DNA from: Leptospira sp.
Lineage (GTDB): Bacteria; Spirochaetota; Leptospiria; Leptospirales; Leptospiraceae
Reading direction: 5' to 3'
DNA: 64,000 nucleotides
Assembly (NCBI GenBank): GCA_034439575.1
Contig: JAWXAQ010000030.1
Coordinates: forward strand, 96,001-160,000
Shown: positions 42,317 to 51,833 of the stretch, piece by piece
Position numbering within the stretch: position 1 is the first letter of the stretch
How the letters are laid out: each line of letters opens with the position of its first letter
Notes under the pieces: generated by a model
Told to the model about the DNA's origin: nothing
The model's database searches: none
Seen by the model: the letters and a program-made list of their open reading frames with translations, nothing else
Translations under genes and position numbers: made by a program

Positions 42317-42834
42317 TTTTTATTGGATGTTGCAAAACTTTCACTTTTTAATTTCATCCTAGATTACATTAAGTTTGCTTAAGGCGAACTATAAAAAACG
42401 ATCAAAGCTGACAAGAATGCTTTGTGCTCCTTATACTTTCTATAAACTCCAGATGAGTTTACAATATGAATATAAGATAATTTCAAACCGATTCCTCTCC
42501 ACATGGCTCACATCGTTTAAATTAAATTTCCCTTCATATTTGAAGCTCTTTACTGCTTATTGAAAATAAGGTTTTACTAGAAATATATTACACTGAATTG
42601 ATCGCATTCATCTACCGTTTCACTTATGTATAAACGAAAAATTAATCTTTTGTTAGACTGGTAAAACTAAATAAAGAACTAACCATTAATAAAGAAGGCT
42701 TGCCATTACTTCCTTTCGGATGCGGTTTAAAATTTCCGAAATATACTTAAATTTGCTATTGCCATTTTGGATTTTTTTATGCATCACATATATTTTTATA
42801 TCCATATTTTCCATTTAGTTCACTGTCTCTAAAT

Positions 42835-44037
42835 ATGATTAGGCGGAATAATACCTTGAAATCAAAAAATAATCTTATCTCGAAATTTATTCTGCTTTTC
42901 TTTTGGATTATATCTCACTTAGAAGCCACTCCCTCAACTGCCGTGGATTGTCCCACGCCGATTGCTGATAAAGATTGGCAGATAAGTAATACTTTCGATT
43001 CCGAATTTGATAGAGATAAATTTTGCAATATAATTCAACAAGTTAGTTCTGAATCGAGCGGATTTCATTCCCTAATCATTGAACGCCACGGAAAGTTAAT
43101 CATAGAAATTTATAATACAAGAAAAGATAAACCGTTTAACAAACGCTATGGACTAAGGTTTCCGTTTGATGGAGAGACTATATTCGATGTTAATACCTTA
43201 CACGATGTACGCTCTGTAAGTAAATCAGTAACATCTTTACTCTTCGGAATTGCCATAGACAAAAAAATAATCGAAAGTGTAGACTTACCTGTAATTAATT
43301 CTTATCCTGAATTTACTATTTCTAAAGACGACCATAGGCAAAGTATAACATGGAAACATTTACTAACTATGAGCAGTGGGCTGGATTGGGAAGAATGGCG
43401 TTATGGTTTTTTATTCAGTGATGAAACGAGACTCCTATGGAAAAAAGACATCCCTGGATTTGTTATGAATAGAGATGTGATATCCATACCTGGAACTAAA
43501 TATAAATACAATGGTGGCGGAACATCTATACTTTCGGATATACTAATTAAAAAAACAGAGAAAACCTTAAAGGATTTGGCTAAGGAATGGTTATTTGATC
43601 CTTTAGAAATACAAAATTTTGAATGGGTAGAAGATTTGAACGGTCGCGCCCTTGCCCACGCTGGTCTTAGGCTAAGACCAAGAGATATGTTAAAAATCGG
43701 AAGGTTGGTTTTGAACGAAGGTGTATGGAAAGGAAAACAAATCATATCAAAACAGTGGTTATCTGATTCATTAACTCTTCATATCGATTCTCAAGTTACC
43801 ATCTTTAGAAAGGATGGAAATTCCTTCGGTTATGGATACCAGTGGTGGCTCGGAGAAACGGTAACTGGTGACAGAAAAATTCCTTGGTCCTTGGCACTTG
43901 GCAATGGAGGGCAACTTATCTTTGTCATTCCTACTCTGGATATGGTTGTAGTAACAACAGCCGGCGGATACGGAGACCCAACATCCATCCAAGAAATTGG
44001 GGCAGTTGTGGATTCTATTCTAACGACCGCAAAGTGA
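42835..44037 (+). CDS. Serine hydrolase, beta-lactamase class C-like
   Basis: SxxK 'RSVSKS', 'HLLTMSSG', 'YNGG', 'LRPRDMLKIG', 'GNGGQ'. Confidence 0.9.
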   Translation: MIRRNNTLKSKNNLISKFILLFFWIISHLEATPSTAVDCPTPIADKDWQISNTFDSEFDRDKFCNIIQQVSSESSGFHSLIIERHGKLIIEIYNTRKDKPFNKRYGLRFPFDGETIFDVNTLHDVRSVSKSVTSLLFGIAIDKKIIESVDLPVINSYPEFTISKDDHRQSITWKHLLTMSSGLDWEEWRYGFLFSDETRLLWKKDIPGFVMNRDVISIPGTKYKYNGGGTSILSDILIKKTEKTLKDLAKEWLFDPLEIQNFEWVEDLNGRALAHAGLRLRPRDMLKIGRLVLNEGVWKGKQIISKQWLSDSLTLHIDSQVTIFRKDGNSFGYGYQWWLGETVTGDRKIPWSLALGNGGQLIFVIPTLDMVVVTTAGGYGDPTSIQEIGAVVDSILTTAK

Positions 44038-44044
44038 AAAATAC

Positions 44045-46474
44045 CTAGCGAGTCTCATTGCCAGTTGTAAAATTCCATTTCTTTTTCCAAACTCTCTTAC
44101 CTCTACGAATGCCTTCCGATTCTACAGTATATGTTTCGTTCGGTTCTAAAGGATCTCGACTCATAATCCAAATTTCAGTTTCACCACCAATTCCATATTT
44201 TCCATCAGAAGGCTGAATCAGCCAATGTGGAATTGTTTTACCAGAACTATTTTGAAGAATTGCCTTAAAATCTTTTATGTCATAAGAGCGATCTGAATAG
44301 AATTTAATTACGATCGGATATCCCACAATTTTATCTTCGTCATCTAACGGAGTCGTGTTGGGAATTTCATTAATCATAGTTAATGGAACATTCTGTTGGT
44401 TTTCATAAGGATACACTTTTACATCAGGAGCTGTGTGCTCCATCATATTCAAATATTGGTGATTTAAACCTACGACTCGCATTACGGCTTTTTGTGATTT
44501 TTGATTTTCAGATTCCGCATATCCAAATCCCACTTTAAGTAAACCAAGGCCTGTGATTGGCCTTCGATGTAAAATAGTTTGGTTCCAAGTATCCACGGAT
44601 TCTTCACCTTTGTCGTTGTTAAATGAAATTGTTTCACCTTGATACCCATATCTAAATTCCTTTTTTGAACCTTCAATTGTATACAGGGGAAGAATGGGAT
44701 TTTGATTGTGCGCACCCAAACCCTTTGTGGTTGGATGGTTTTCATTGGCAACGAGATATCTCGCATGAGCTTCTGAAGCTAAGGTCAGACGAACGTCCAT
44801 TTCTAATGGTGGTGCTCCGTAATCAACTCTAAGTCGATTGAGTTTCTCAAATGTTTTTCGATATAATACATGTATTCTCTCCTTAGGAGGAGATAGATTC
44901 CAATAAATGATAACTGTATTTGGTAACAATTGTTTGAGTTTACTTAGAGCCTCTGGGTTTAGAGGATTTCCATCGATATGTATTGATTTTAATGATTTTA
45001 GTCCTTTCATAGATTCAGGAAAATTTGTAATCTTATTATTACGTAGACTCAAATATTCCAGACTTTTTAATTTCCCAAGTTCATCAGGAACTATGGTTAG
45101 GTGATTATCACTTAAATCCAACAAATTCAAATTGTTTAAATTTCCAATGGATTTCGGAAGGGAATTTAATTCATTACCGCCTAGAGAAAGCTCATTTAAA
45201 CTTTTAAGGCTACCAATAGTATCTGGTATTTTTTGGATTTTATTTCCAAAAAGATTTAGCAATTTTAATTTTTTTAATCCTTGGATGTCAGTTGGGATAG
45301 TTGTGAGTTGATTGAAACTCAGATCCAGTTCTTGGAGATTATTCATTTTACTGATTGTCGATGGAAGGATGGTAAGTTTATTAAATGTTAAATATAAACC
45401 TTTTAAATAAGATAAATATCCAATATTTTCGGGAAGGGATTCGATTTGATTAAAACTCAATTCCAAAACCTTCAGATTTTTTAATGCACCGATTTCTTTG
45501 GGCAATGATTTAAGCGAATTTTGTCTAAGGTGAAGTATTTCTAGTTCTGTTAGGTGTTTGATCTCGGGCGATATACTTTCTATTTTATTGTTCCATAAAT
45601 AAAAATGAGTCAGGCCTTTCAATCCTTTGATATCAGAAGGGATTTCATTAATTTGATTCGAATGCGCCCAAAGTTTTTTCAATGAGCTAAGTTCATTTAG
45701 ATCATCAAATAGCGACTCAATTTTGTTATGTGCAATATTAAGTGAACTCAATTTCTTTAAACTATTAATTACAGTTGGCCATTCTGAAAAATGGTTGTCC
45801 ATTAAATTGAGATCATTAATATTTTCTAAATTCGCAAATGAATCAGGTAATTCATTCAATTCATTGGTTTCGAAATTAAGACCTTCTAGAGATTTCAAGT
45901 TTTCAAAACTTTTTGGCAATTCCCGAATTTTATTATTAGTAGCACTCAACCATTTAAGTTGCGTTAAATATGTTATAGAGGCCGGGAAACTCTCAAATTC
46001 ATTTTCATTCAATGAAATTCCTTCCAGATTTTTCAATTGATTGATACTTTCAGGAAGGAACGTTAGACGGTTTGAAGTCAATCTAAGTTCGGAGAGATTT
46101 TTTAAGGCACCCAATTCGGAAGGTAGTTCCCTTAAACCAGAACTTATCTCCATTCGCTCAATGAAATCAAGACTTTGGATGCTAGGTGTAAGATTTTCAA
46201 AGTCACCATATAACTCAAGCCGTTTGAGGTTTTTAAGAGTTTCCCAATCCTTAGGAACATCCGTGGATTTTGTGTATATAGTAAGTCTTTCTAAGTTTTT
46301 GAACTTGGTGAGACCTTTGGGTAGCTCATCTAGATTCTTACTAAGTGATCCTAATGTTAGTCGAGACCTTTGACTTGATTCACTTTGAATTTGTTGTTCA
46401 ATTGATTGTCCCGAAATCGAAACAAAAGTGAAAAAAACTAAACTCGACGTAAGGATAAAATTTCTAAATGACAT
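44045..46474 (-). CDS. Secreted leucine-rich-repeat protein fused to a CAP (SCP) domain and an Ig-like C-terminus
   Basis: Signal peptide; about 20 23-aa LRRs (LxxLxLxxNxLxxLPxxIxxL); CAP motifs 'LNRLR...APPL..D.RL..A..AHARYL', 'GETI', 'HRRPI...VGFG'. Confidence 0.85.
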   Translation of the reverse strand: MSFRNFILTSSLVFFTFVSISGQSIEQQIQSESSQRSRLTLGSLSKNLDELPKGLTKFKNLERLTIYTKSTDVPKDWETLKNLKRLELYGDFENLTPSIQSLDFIERMEISSGLRELPSELGALKNLSELRLTSNRLTFLPESINQLKNLEGISLNENEFESFPASITYLTQLKWLSATNNKIRELPKSFENLKSLEGLNFETNELNELPDSFANLENINDLNLMDNHFSEWPTVINSLKKLSSLNIAHNKIESLFDDLNELSSLKKLWAHSNQINEIPSDIKGLKGLTHFYLWNNKIESISPEIKHLTELEILHLRQNSLKSLPKEIGALKNLKVLELSFNQIESLPENIGYLSYLKGLYLTFNKLTILPSTISKMNNLQELDLSFNQLTTIPTDIQGLKKLKLLNLFGNKIQKIPDTIGSLKSLNELSLGGNELNSLPKSIGNLNNLNLLDLSDNHLTIVPDELGKLKSLEYLSLRNNKITNFPESMKGLKSLKSIHIDGNPLNPEALSKLKQLLPNTVIIYWNLSPPKERIHVLYRKTFEKLNRLRVDYGAPPLEMDVRLTLASEAHARYLVANENHPTTKGLGAHNQNPILPLYTIEGSKKEFRYGYQGETISFNNDKGEESVDTWNQTILHRRPITGLGLLKVGFGYAESENQKSQKAVMRVVGLNHQYLNMMEHTAPDVKVYPYENQQNVPLTMINEIPNTTPLDDEDKIVGYPIVIKFYSDRSYDIKDFKAILQNSSGKTIPHWLIQPSDGKYGIGGETEIWIMSRDPLEPNETYTVESEGIRRGKRVWKKKWNFTTGNETR

Positions 46475-47130
46475 TGGTATATCTCCTACAATCGCCTTCG
46501 TTTAAAATTAATATGATAGCTCGAAAATTATACTGTCACTAGTAAATGTGCAACTCTAATATTTATTCTGATGATAAACTATACATAGAAAATTATGTTA
46601 TGAAATTTAATCTTCCTGATCGTTACTATTCATAAAAATCGAATCAAATGAATACTGCTGGGATAAGAATAGATTTAGATTTTCTGTAACTTTAAAATAG
46701 GCTCTATTTGTTAATATTTAAGGCAAAGTTAAATCTAAAAAGCACATATAGCAAAAGATAGAAATTCATGCACCAAAAATTATTCAAGAGTTTCAAACTA
46801 TCTAATGTATTTTTTTTGCTTTTTACAATTGTGACACATTTAATAATATAACGACTGTTCCTAGGCTTGATCAATTACAAATCTCTCATCATTTCAAATC
46901 ATTAAAATTTCCGAACATGGTATTAAAAATTTGGATTTATCTTACAGCACTACCCGAAAAGAGACTTATACTCAAACAGATTCTATTGAAGGCATTTACA
47001 AATACAAAAACCAATATTCCACTCTTCCTACACCATATGTAAATTTAGTAAATTAGAATTATTTAAAAAGTAAATGTAATCTTTAAAAGTTGGATGAAGT
47101 TTGATTAAATTAAAATTAGTAGGCCCCTTT

Positions 47131-47321
47131 GATGTGTTATATGGATGAAACTTTATCGAAAGAACCGATCCCGCTCTCCCTAAGACGAGGGCACTCTGTC
47201 GAGCAATAGCAAACCTCGTTCCCATCTCCCTTCCCTCTCACCTCCGTGTTCGAAGGAAGGACTCCGACATCCATGTCTCCGTTACCGATGGAAACAAGGT
47301 TTGCTGGCCGAAGAAAGATCG
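47131..47321. repeat. Composite repeat, copy 1 (block A 47131-47181, hairpin block B 47209-47321)
   Basis: A is 49/51 identical to 51106-51156; B core 47215-47305 is 90/91 identical to 50962-51052. Confidence 0.95.
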
Positions 47322-47654
47322 TGTAACGATATCAATGATGGGCTCTCACATTCTGCAAAAGTATTATAAATTACGCTCTCATCCCGTTCTTTGTGGGTTC
47401 ATAACCTACTTACATCTTTTGAAACAGCCGCCTAAATAAAGATAACATTCGTTTTTCTGTGAAGTCTCTCTGCTTCTGGCGAAGGATTAGTTATGTACGA
47501 AAATCATTTCTTTTTGAAAATTAGTTCTATTCTATTTGTAAAATCGTGAACTAACTAACAATTTGTAGACTAGCAACGAACAATAAGTTTACTGTGTTGT
47601 GAAAATTTCTGTCTTAACGTACATAGCTTCTACGATTGTAGTGTTTGCGAGATT

Positions 47655-48218
47655 TCATGTTAAATTATTTAAAATCCCGATCGTAAAATTTATAATTTCA
47701 TTCCATTCTGTATCTGAAAAATTTGGAGTGTATATTAAGTTTATAGTAACTCGAAATGTTTTTTTATACTTTTTGTGGTAATAAAATGCAATCACCTTTC
47801 CCCCGATTACTTCACTTGGTCCATATAAAATTTCCATTTTTTCTGTTTTATAACGGATAAATTTTTTCCATCGATTGACGGATGTTGGTTCAAATTTAAA
47901 GTCTTTTAATTTTGATTCGGTGACAATTTCTTCAAATCTCTTTAATGAATTAGGGATTATAGATACATCAATTAACAAAGAAAAACATTCATTCTCTTGC
48001 AGGCAATCTGCTTTAAAATAAGTTATCGGATATTTTAATTCCTGTTGAACAGAATCAATTCTTTCTGTTACTTTTGGAACATAAAGTCTCATAGATTCAA
48101 CTTTTTCTTCTCTTACAGGATAAAAAGCGATGCCTCGATAACTTTTCGTTAAATCTAATTTCTGAGCATTTAGAAGAGTAAATGAAAGCAGACACAACAA
48201 AAGAACTAGTCTTATCAT
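47655..48218 (-). CDS. Secreted hypothetical protein (candidate orphan immunity protein)
   Basis: Signal peptide MIRLVLLLCLLSFTLLNA; co-oriented, 38 nt downstream of the lipoprotein gene. Confidence 0.7.
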   Translation of the reverse strand: MIRLVLLLCLLSFTLLNAQKLDLTKSYRGIAFYPVREEKVESMRLYVPKVTERIDSVQQELKYPITYFKADCLQENECFSLLIDVSIIPNSLKRFEEIVTESKLKDFKFEPTSVNRWKKFIRYKTEKMEILYGPSEVIGGKVIAFYYHKKYKKTFRVTINLIYTPNFSDTEWNEIINFTIGILNNLT

Positions 48219-48256
48219 TTCGTCACCTAATGATAGTTTGCATCTAATTTGAGCTA

Positions 48257-49024
48257 CTACGGCTTTTCATAACTCGTTGGATCATAAATATCTGCATCAA
48301 TTTTCCGTTTGTATTTTGTTTCATAAGCAGATACAAATTTTTCCATCTGACCCTCTGAAACTTTTTTCCATCCTTGAAACATAACCATCTTTAAAGAAGG
48401 CAGGTTCAACATACAATCTAGGCTTTTTTTAGTTAGGTTGGTCATATCATCCATGCGAAGGAAAGTAAGGTTTTTTGCATTTTCTGTGAATTTGCACATG
48501 CCTTCATCTGTGATTTTTGCACCAGGCCCAAGAATAAATCGATCTAATTTTAATACGTGCGAAAAACATTCAACATCATTGTCTAATAGAGGGACGTGGC
48601 TGTAATCTATTTTTACCTTAGGTGCTTTTAGTCCTTTTGCAATCTCACATATCTGTTTGTGGTTTAGTTCGCTTCCTCTTATAAAAAGTGTCGTTAAATT
48701 AGAATTCTTGCATGCGCTCATTTCCTGGTCACTGAAATCTGGCAAGGCACCCCAAGATATATCTAAGAAATTTAATTTCTTTATCGAACATATGGTTACA
48801 AGGTCTTCCGGTAAGTAAATTCCCTTTCCAGTCATTTCAATTGCAGGGATTTTTTCTTTCGTTGAAGCATCGAAAGTCTCCATATAATATCGATAGGACC
48901 GAGAAGTGAGATTTTTGATCAAATCTTCATCCGACAGGCTTGCAATCCGTGAAGTCGCCGTCGAACAAGCATGAAGGACGAAAGACATTAGAACGAAAGA
49001 TAATTTCTTCAAAGAGTATTTCAT
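48257..49024 (-). CDS. LRR-like lipoprotein (candidate immunity protein for the 49027 module)
   Basis: Lipobox 'VLHAC'; Cys-containing LRR-like units ('KITDEGMCKF...KNLTFLRM', 'LPSLKMVMF'); starts 2 nt after the upstream stop. Confidence 0.7.
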   Translation of the reverse strand: MKYSLKKLSFVLMSFVLHACSTATSRIASLSDEDLIKNLTSRSYRYYMETFDASTKEKIPAIEMTGKGIYLPEDLVTICSIKKLNFLDISWGALPDFSDQEMSACKNSNLTTLFIRGSELNHKQICEIAKGLKAPKVKIDYSHVPLLDNDVECFSHVLKLDRFILGPGAKITDEGMCKFTENAKNLTFLRMDDMTNLTKKSLDCMLNLPSLKMVMFQGWKKVSEGQMEKFVSAYETKYKRKIDADIYDPTSYEKP

Positions 49025-49026
49025 TC

Positions 49027-51021
49027 TTATTTCCTTGCTATATAATCAAAATTATAGGGCGCATATGTTGCATATTTGTTTAAATCGTTCTTAGGATTCC
49101 CCAATACTGACCCACTCACATTCTCTGGATCAAATTCCGTTCCATTCACAGTTGTCGATTGTGACCCATCTACCACTGTGTAAGTATAACGTCCATCCTT
49201 CATCGGATTCCTTTGTAAACTGATTGTATGACCAGTTCCACTACCATCATCTTTCACTCGCAATGTGATCGCTAATGGTTGTTCTTTCTTTAGAAAATCA
49301 GCAATGACTTGATATCCTTCTGCGCGTGCCGAAGCAACTGAAGCAGGATTGGATCTGTCGCCTTGTGGAAGTGGCGGATGAGATTTGTCATCATTCCATC
49401 GCTGGAAAGAACCATTGCCATTCATATAGGAATTGATTACCGCGCTTGTGCCACCTTGAGGTCCATTCAATTCCATGTTCTCAGGTTTCATAAAACCATT
49501 GTCAGTAATGTCCTTGATGAACTGTGGAAAATCTGGAATGGCATCACCTAAATTTCGTTTTAACATTCCCCAGTTAGCTGCTGCTACACACCACCTCTCA
49601 CGTAAGTAATCTGGCATACTTTTAGAATCTATGCCAGCCTTTACTGCTTCGGCAGTGGCATATGAAAGAGTTTCTGGCTTTCCCCATTGTTGGAGGGAAC
49701 CTTTTGCCTGGTTCGCATAATAATTTGAGTCTTGATGAAAAACTTCCCCAATTCTAAAATTCCCAGTGGCTTCATTTACATAAACATTCAATGCTAATGG
49801 TTTCGTAGTTGCAGGGAGAACTTCGATCACTCCATTCTTTGCATTGAAGAGCTTCTTCATTGCGTCAGAGATTACACCAGGTTCTTTTTTGAGTCCACCA
49901 GATTGGATCAGATCTTCTCTTGTATTACCTACTGTTTTTATAACATCGTCCATGGATTTACCATATTTCTTTTCAAAGGATGCTTGGGCTGCTTTCATTG
50001 CATCCGATTTTTTTGTCAAATCCGCCTGCATTTCTTTAGATATAGGCATATTATTGGATACAGACTCTATGCTTTTTGAAAGAGCATTCTTAAAATCAGC
50101 TTCTGCTTTTACATATTTATGAACTGCGGATTTTACAGAAGGATCCATTTCTTGGCTTAACATCGGATTATTTAGAATGTCTATTGCCACTTCCATTCTT
50201 TGCGTTTTCGATAATGATAAATCTTGTGCTTTTTTAAATATTAAGCGCTCCGATTCTGCCTTTTTAATAGCATCCATTTCCGTTTTCGTAATTTTAATCA
50301 TTTCATTCTGAGTTATTGTTAATTCATTATTATACTTTATCAAAGTGTTACTTAGATATTGAATTAATTGGGTTTCATTTTTTGGAACGAATCCTGGATC
50401 TTTTTGATGTAAATGGTTATATTCACCAACACCTAAAACCACTCTTTCAATCTGACCTCGAACTGCCTCGATATCCAGTTTCGCTTGTGAGGCTTTATCA
50501 TTCAATTCAATGTATTTCGGATCTAATTTTAACTCAGCAATTTTATTCTTAGCCTGAGTAATTCTCTCGTTTATATTTTGTTCTTGTTCGCTAATGATGC
50601 TTGTCCTGTCTGCATGCATGTTTTCAAAAGCCATCAAAGATTTTGTCACCGTATCTTGCATTGATCCCATATAAGCCCTTGCTGTATCAGTGGAACTAAC
50701 GACTGTCCGTTTTGGTAAATCGGGAACATTGATAATTACCTGTCCGCCATTATCAACTTTTACGTATACTCCTTTCTTATCTGAAAGCGAAAGAATTTTT
50801 GATTCCTCAATCAACTTTAATCTCTCGGAATCTGGCATTGCATTGATTAAATCAATACCTTCATTAGGTGTATTCGAAAATTTTGGTTCGATCAGTATGC
50901 ATTTAGGAATCTGGCCTTCCGTATAACGTGAATTATGTTTATTACCCAGCCCAGGCAAACGCTCGTTCCCATCTCCCTTCCCTCTCACCTCCGTGTTCGA
51001 AGGAAGGACTCCGACATCCAT
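49027..51021 (-). CDS. Orphan C-terminal toxin-like module with putative papain-like Cys-His-Asp domain; 5' end derived from a repeat
   Basis: No signal peptide; the first ~21 codons lie inside repeat B; coiled-coil body; 'RWCVAAANW', 'GHTISL', 'VVDGS'. Confidence 0.65.
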   Translation of the reverse strand: MDVGVLPSNTEVRGKGDGNERLPGLGNKHNSRYTEGQIPKCILIEPKFSNTPNEGIDLINAMPDSERLKLIEESKILSLSDKKGVYVKVDNGGQVIINVPDLPKRTVVSSTDTARAYMGSMQDTVTKSLMAFENMHADRTSIISEQEQNINERITQAKNKIAELKLDPKYIELNDKASQAKLDIEAVRGQIERVVLGVGEYNHLHQKDPGFVPKNETQLIQYLSNTLIKYNNELTITQNEMIKITKTEMDAIKKAESERLIFKKAQDLSLSKTQRMEVAIDILNNPMLSQEMDPSVKSAVHKYVKAEADFKNALSKSIESVSNNMPISKEMQADLTKKSDAMKAAQASFEKKYGKSMDDVIKTVGNTREDLIQSGGLKKEPGVISDAMKKLFNAKNGVIEVLPATTKPLALNVYVNEATGNFRIGEVFHQDSNYYANQAKGSLQQWGKPETLSYATAEAVKAGIDSKSMPDYLRERWCVAAANWGMLKRNLGDAIPDFPQFIKDITDNGFMKPENMELNGPQGGTSAVINSYMNGNGSFQRWNDDKSHPPLPQGDRSNPASVASARAEGYQVIADFLKKEQPLAITLRVKDDGSGTGHTISLQRNPMKDGRYTYTVVDGSQSTTVNGTEFDPENVSGSVLGNPKNDLNKYATYAPYNFDYIARK

Positions 51022-51156
51022 GTCTCCGTTACTGATGGAAACAAGGTTTGCTCAGCCGAAGAAAGATCGAAAATAAACATCTCTTTCTTTCCGTTGGGCA
51101 CCTCGGATGTGTTATACGGATGAAACTTTATCGAAAGACCCGATCCCGCTCTCCCT
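50955..51156. repeat. Composite repeat, copy 2 (block B 50955-51069, block A 51106-51156)
   Basis: Direct-orientation copies of the 47.1-47.3 kb blocks, but in swapped order. Confidence 0.95.
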
Positions 51157-51191
51157 CGACGGTAACGCTCGGTCGATCGGTGGTGCAAGAC

Positions 51192-51833
51192 TCATTTATT
51201 TTTTTCTTCCTTTTCTGGACCAACAATATCATAGGAAGAATTATTTTTTTGTATTTCGGCTATTTCTGCTACCGTCGTCACACATTCTTCATAAGTTGTA
51301 TAGTCAATCCCTGCTCTTCCATCGTCTAGAACTGTATCTGAATTTAAGGCATAAAACTCAAATTCGCGAAAGACAGGAGTTGGATCTTTGTAATTACCAC
51401 TGTAAATCATTTTGAATCGTAATATTTTGGTCTCGCTTTCATTGGTTAAATAAAAAAAGTCTCCTTTCTTTGACAAAAATTTCAAATGAATATCGAATTT
51501 GCGTCCAGTGGAACGAAAGCGAAACAAATTCTTATCGGGTATAAATTCACCACAAGATGTAGCATAAATAGGCCGATATTCCCAAGCATTGGAAGCTTTT
51601 TTTCGAAGATCATCCTCAATATATTTCAAAAATGTATCATCTGGGTCTAAAATAACGACTCCTACCAACTCAGGATAGTCCATCAAAGTAAACTTTGGAT
51701 CAGTATATACCTTTATATCTACTATCGAGTTAGAAACTGATTCTGTCTTAACTTTTTCGTCAACTTTTTTGCACGCAAAAGGCGGAAGACTCAAAAATAA
51801 TATTAGAATATAATAATTTAGCTTATTTGTCAT
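51192..51833 (-). CDS. Lipoprotein, candidate cognate immunity protein of the giant protein
   Basis: ATG at 51833 overlaps the giant ORF stop by 11 nt; MTNKLNYYILILFLSLPPFAC lipoprotein signal. Confidence 0.75.
   Translation of the reverse strand: MTNKLNYYILILFLSLPPFACKKVDEKVKTESVSNSIVDIKVYTDPKFTLMDYPELVGVVILDPDDTFLKYIEDDLRKKASNAWEYRPIYATSCGEFIPDKNLFRFRSTGRKFDIHLKFLSKKGDFFYLTNESETKILRFKMIYSGNYKDPTPVFREFEFYALNSDTVLDDGRAGIDYTTYEECVTTVAEIAEIQKNNSSYDIVGPEKEEKNK

Noticed and set aside
42320-42830. Possible gene in the long intergenic gap (62-aa ORF 42375-42563)
   Set aside because: No motif or RBS; other frames are interrupted; at most an unidentifiable relic.
42835-44037. Bona fide beta-lactam resistance gene
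   Set aside because: It has SxxK but resembles the broad esterase/6-aminohexanoate-hydrolase-like serine hydrolases; activity cannot be inferred.
47028-47225. Short ORFs sharing 'GRAGS.LSIKFHPYNTS' (also 50985-51188)
   Set aside because: The similarity is just the translation of non-coding repeat A; flanks are unrelated and there is no clear RBS.
47208-47305. Repeat B as a canonical integron attC site
   Set aside because: The ends GCAAAC...GTTTGC do not match RYYYAAC...GTTRRRY, and no integrase is in the window.
47131-51156. Repeats A/B as a CRISPR array or IS terminal repeats
   Set aside because: Only two copies, kilobases apart; no spacers, cas genes or transposase; copies are direct, not inverted.
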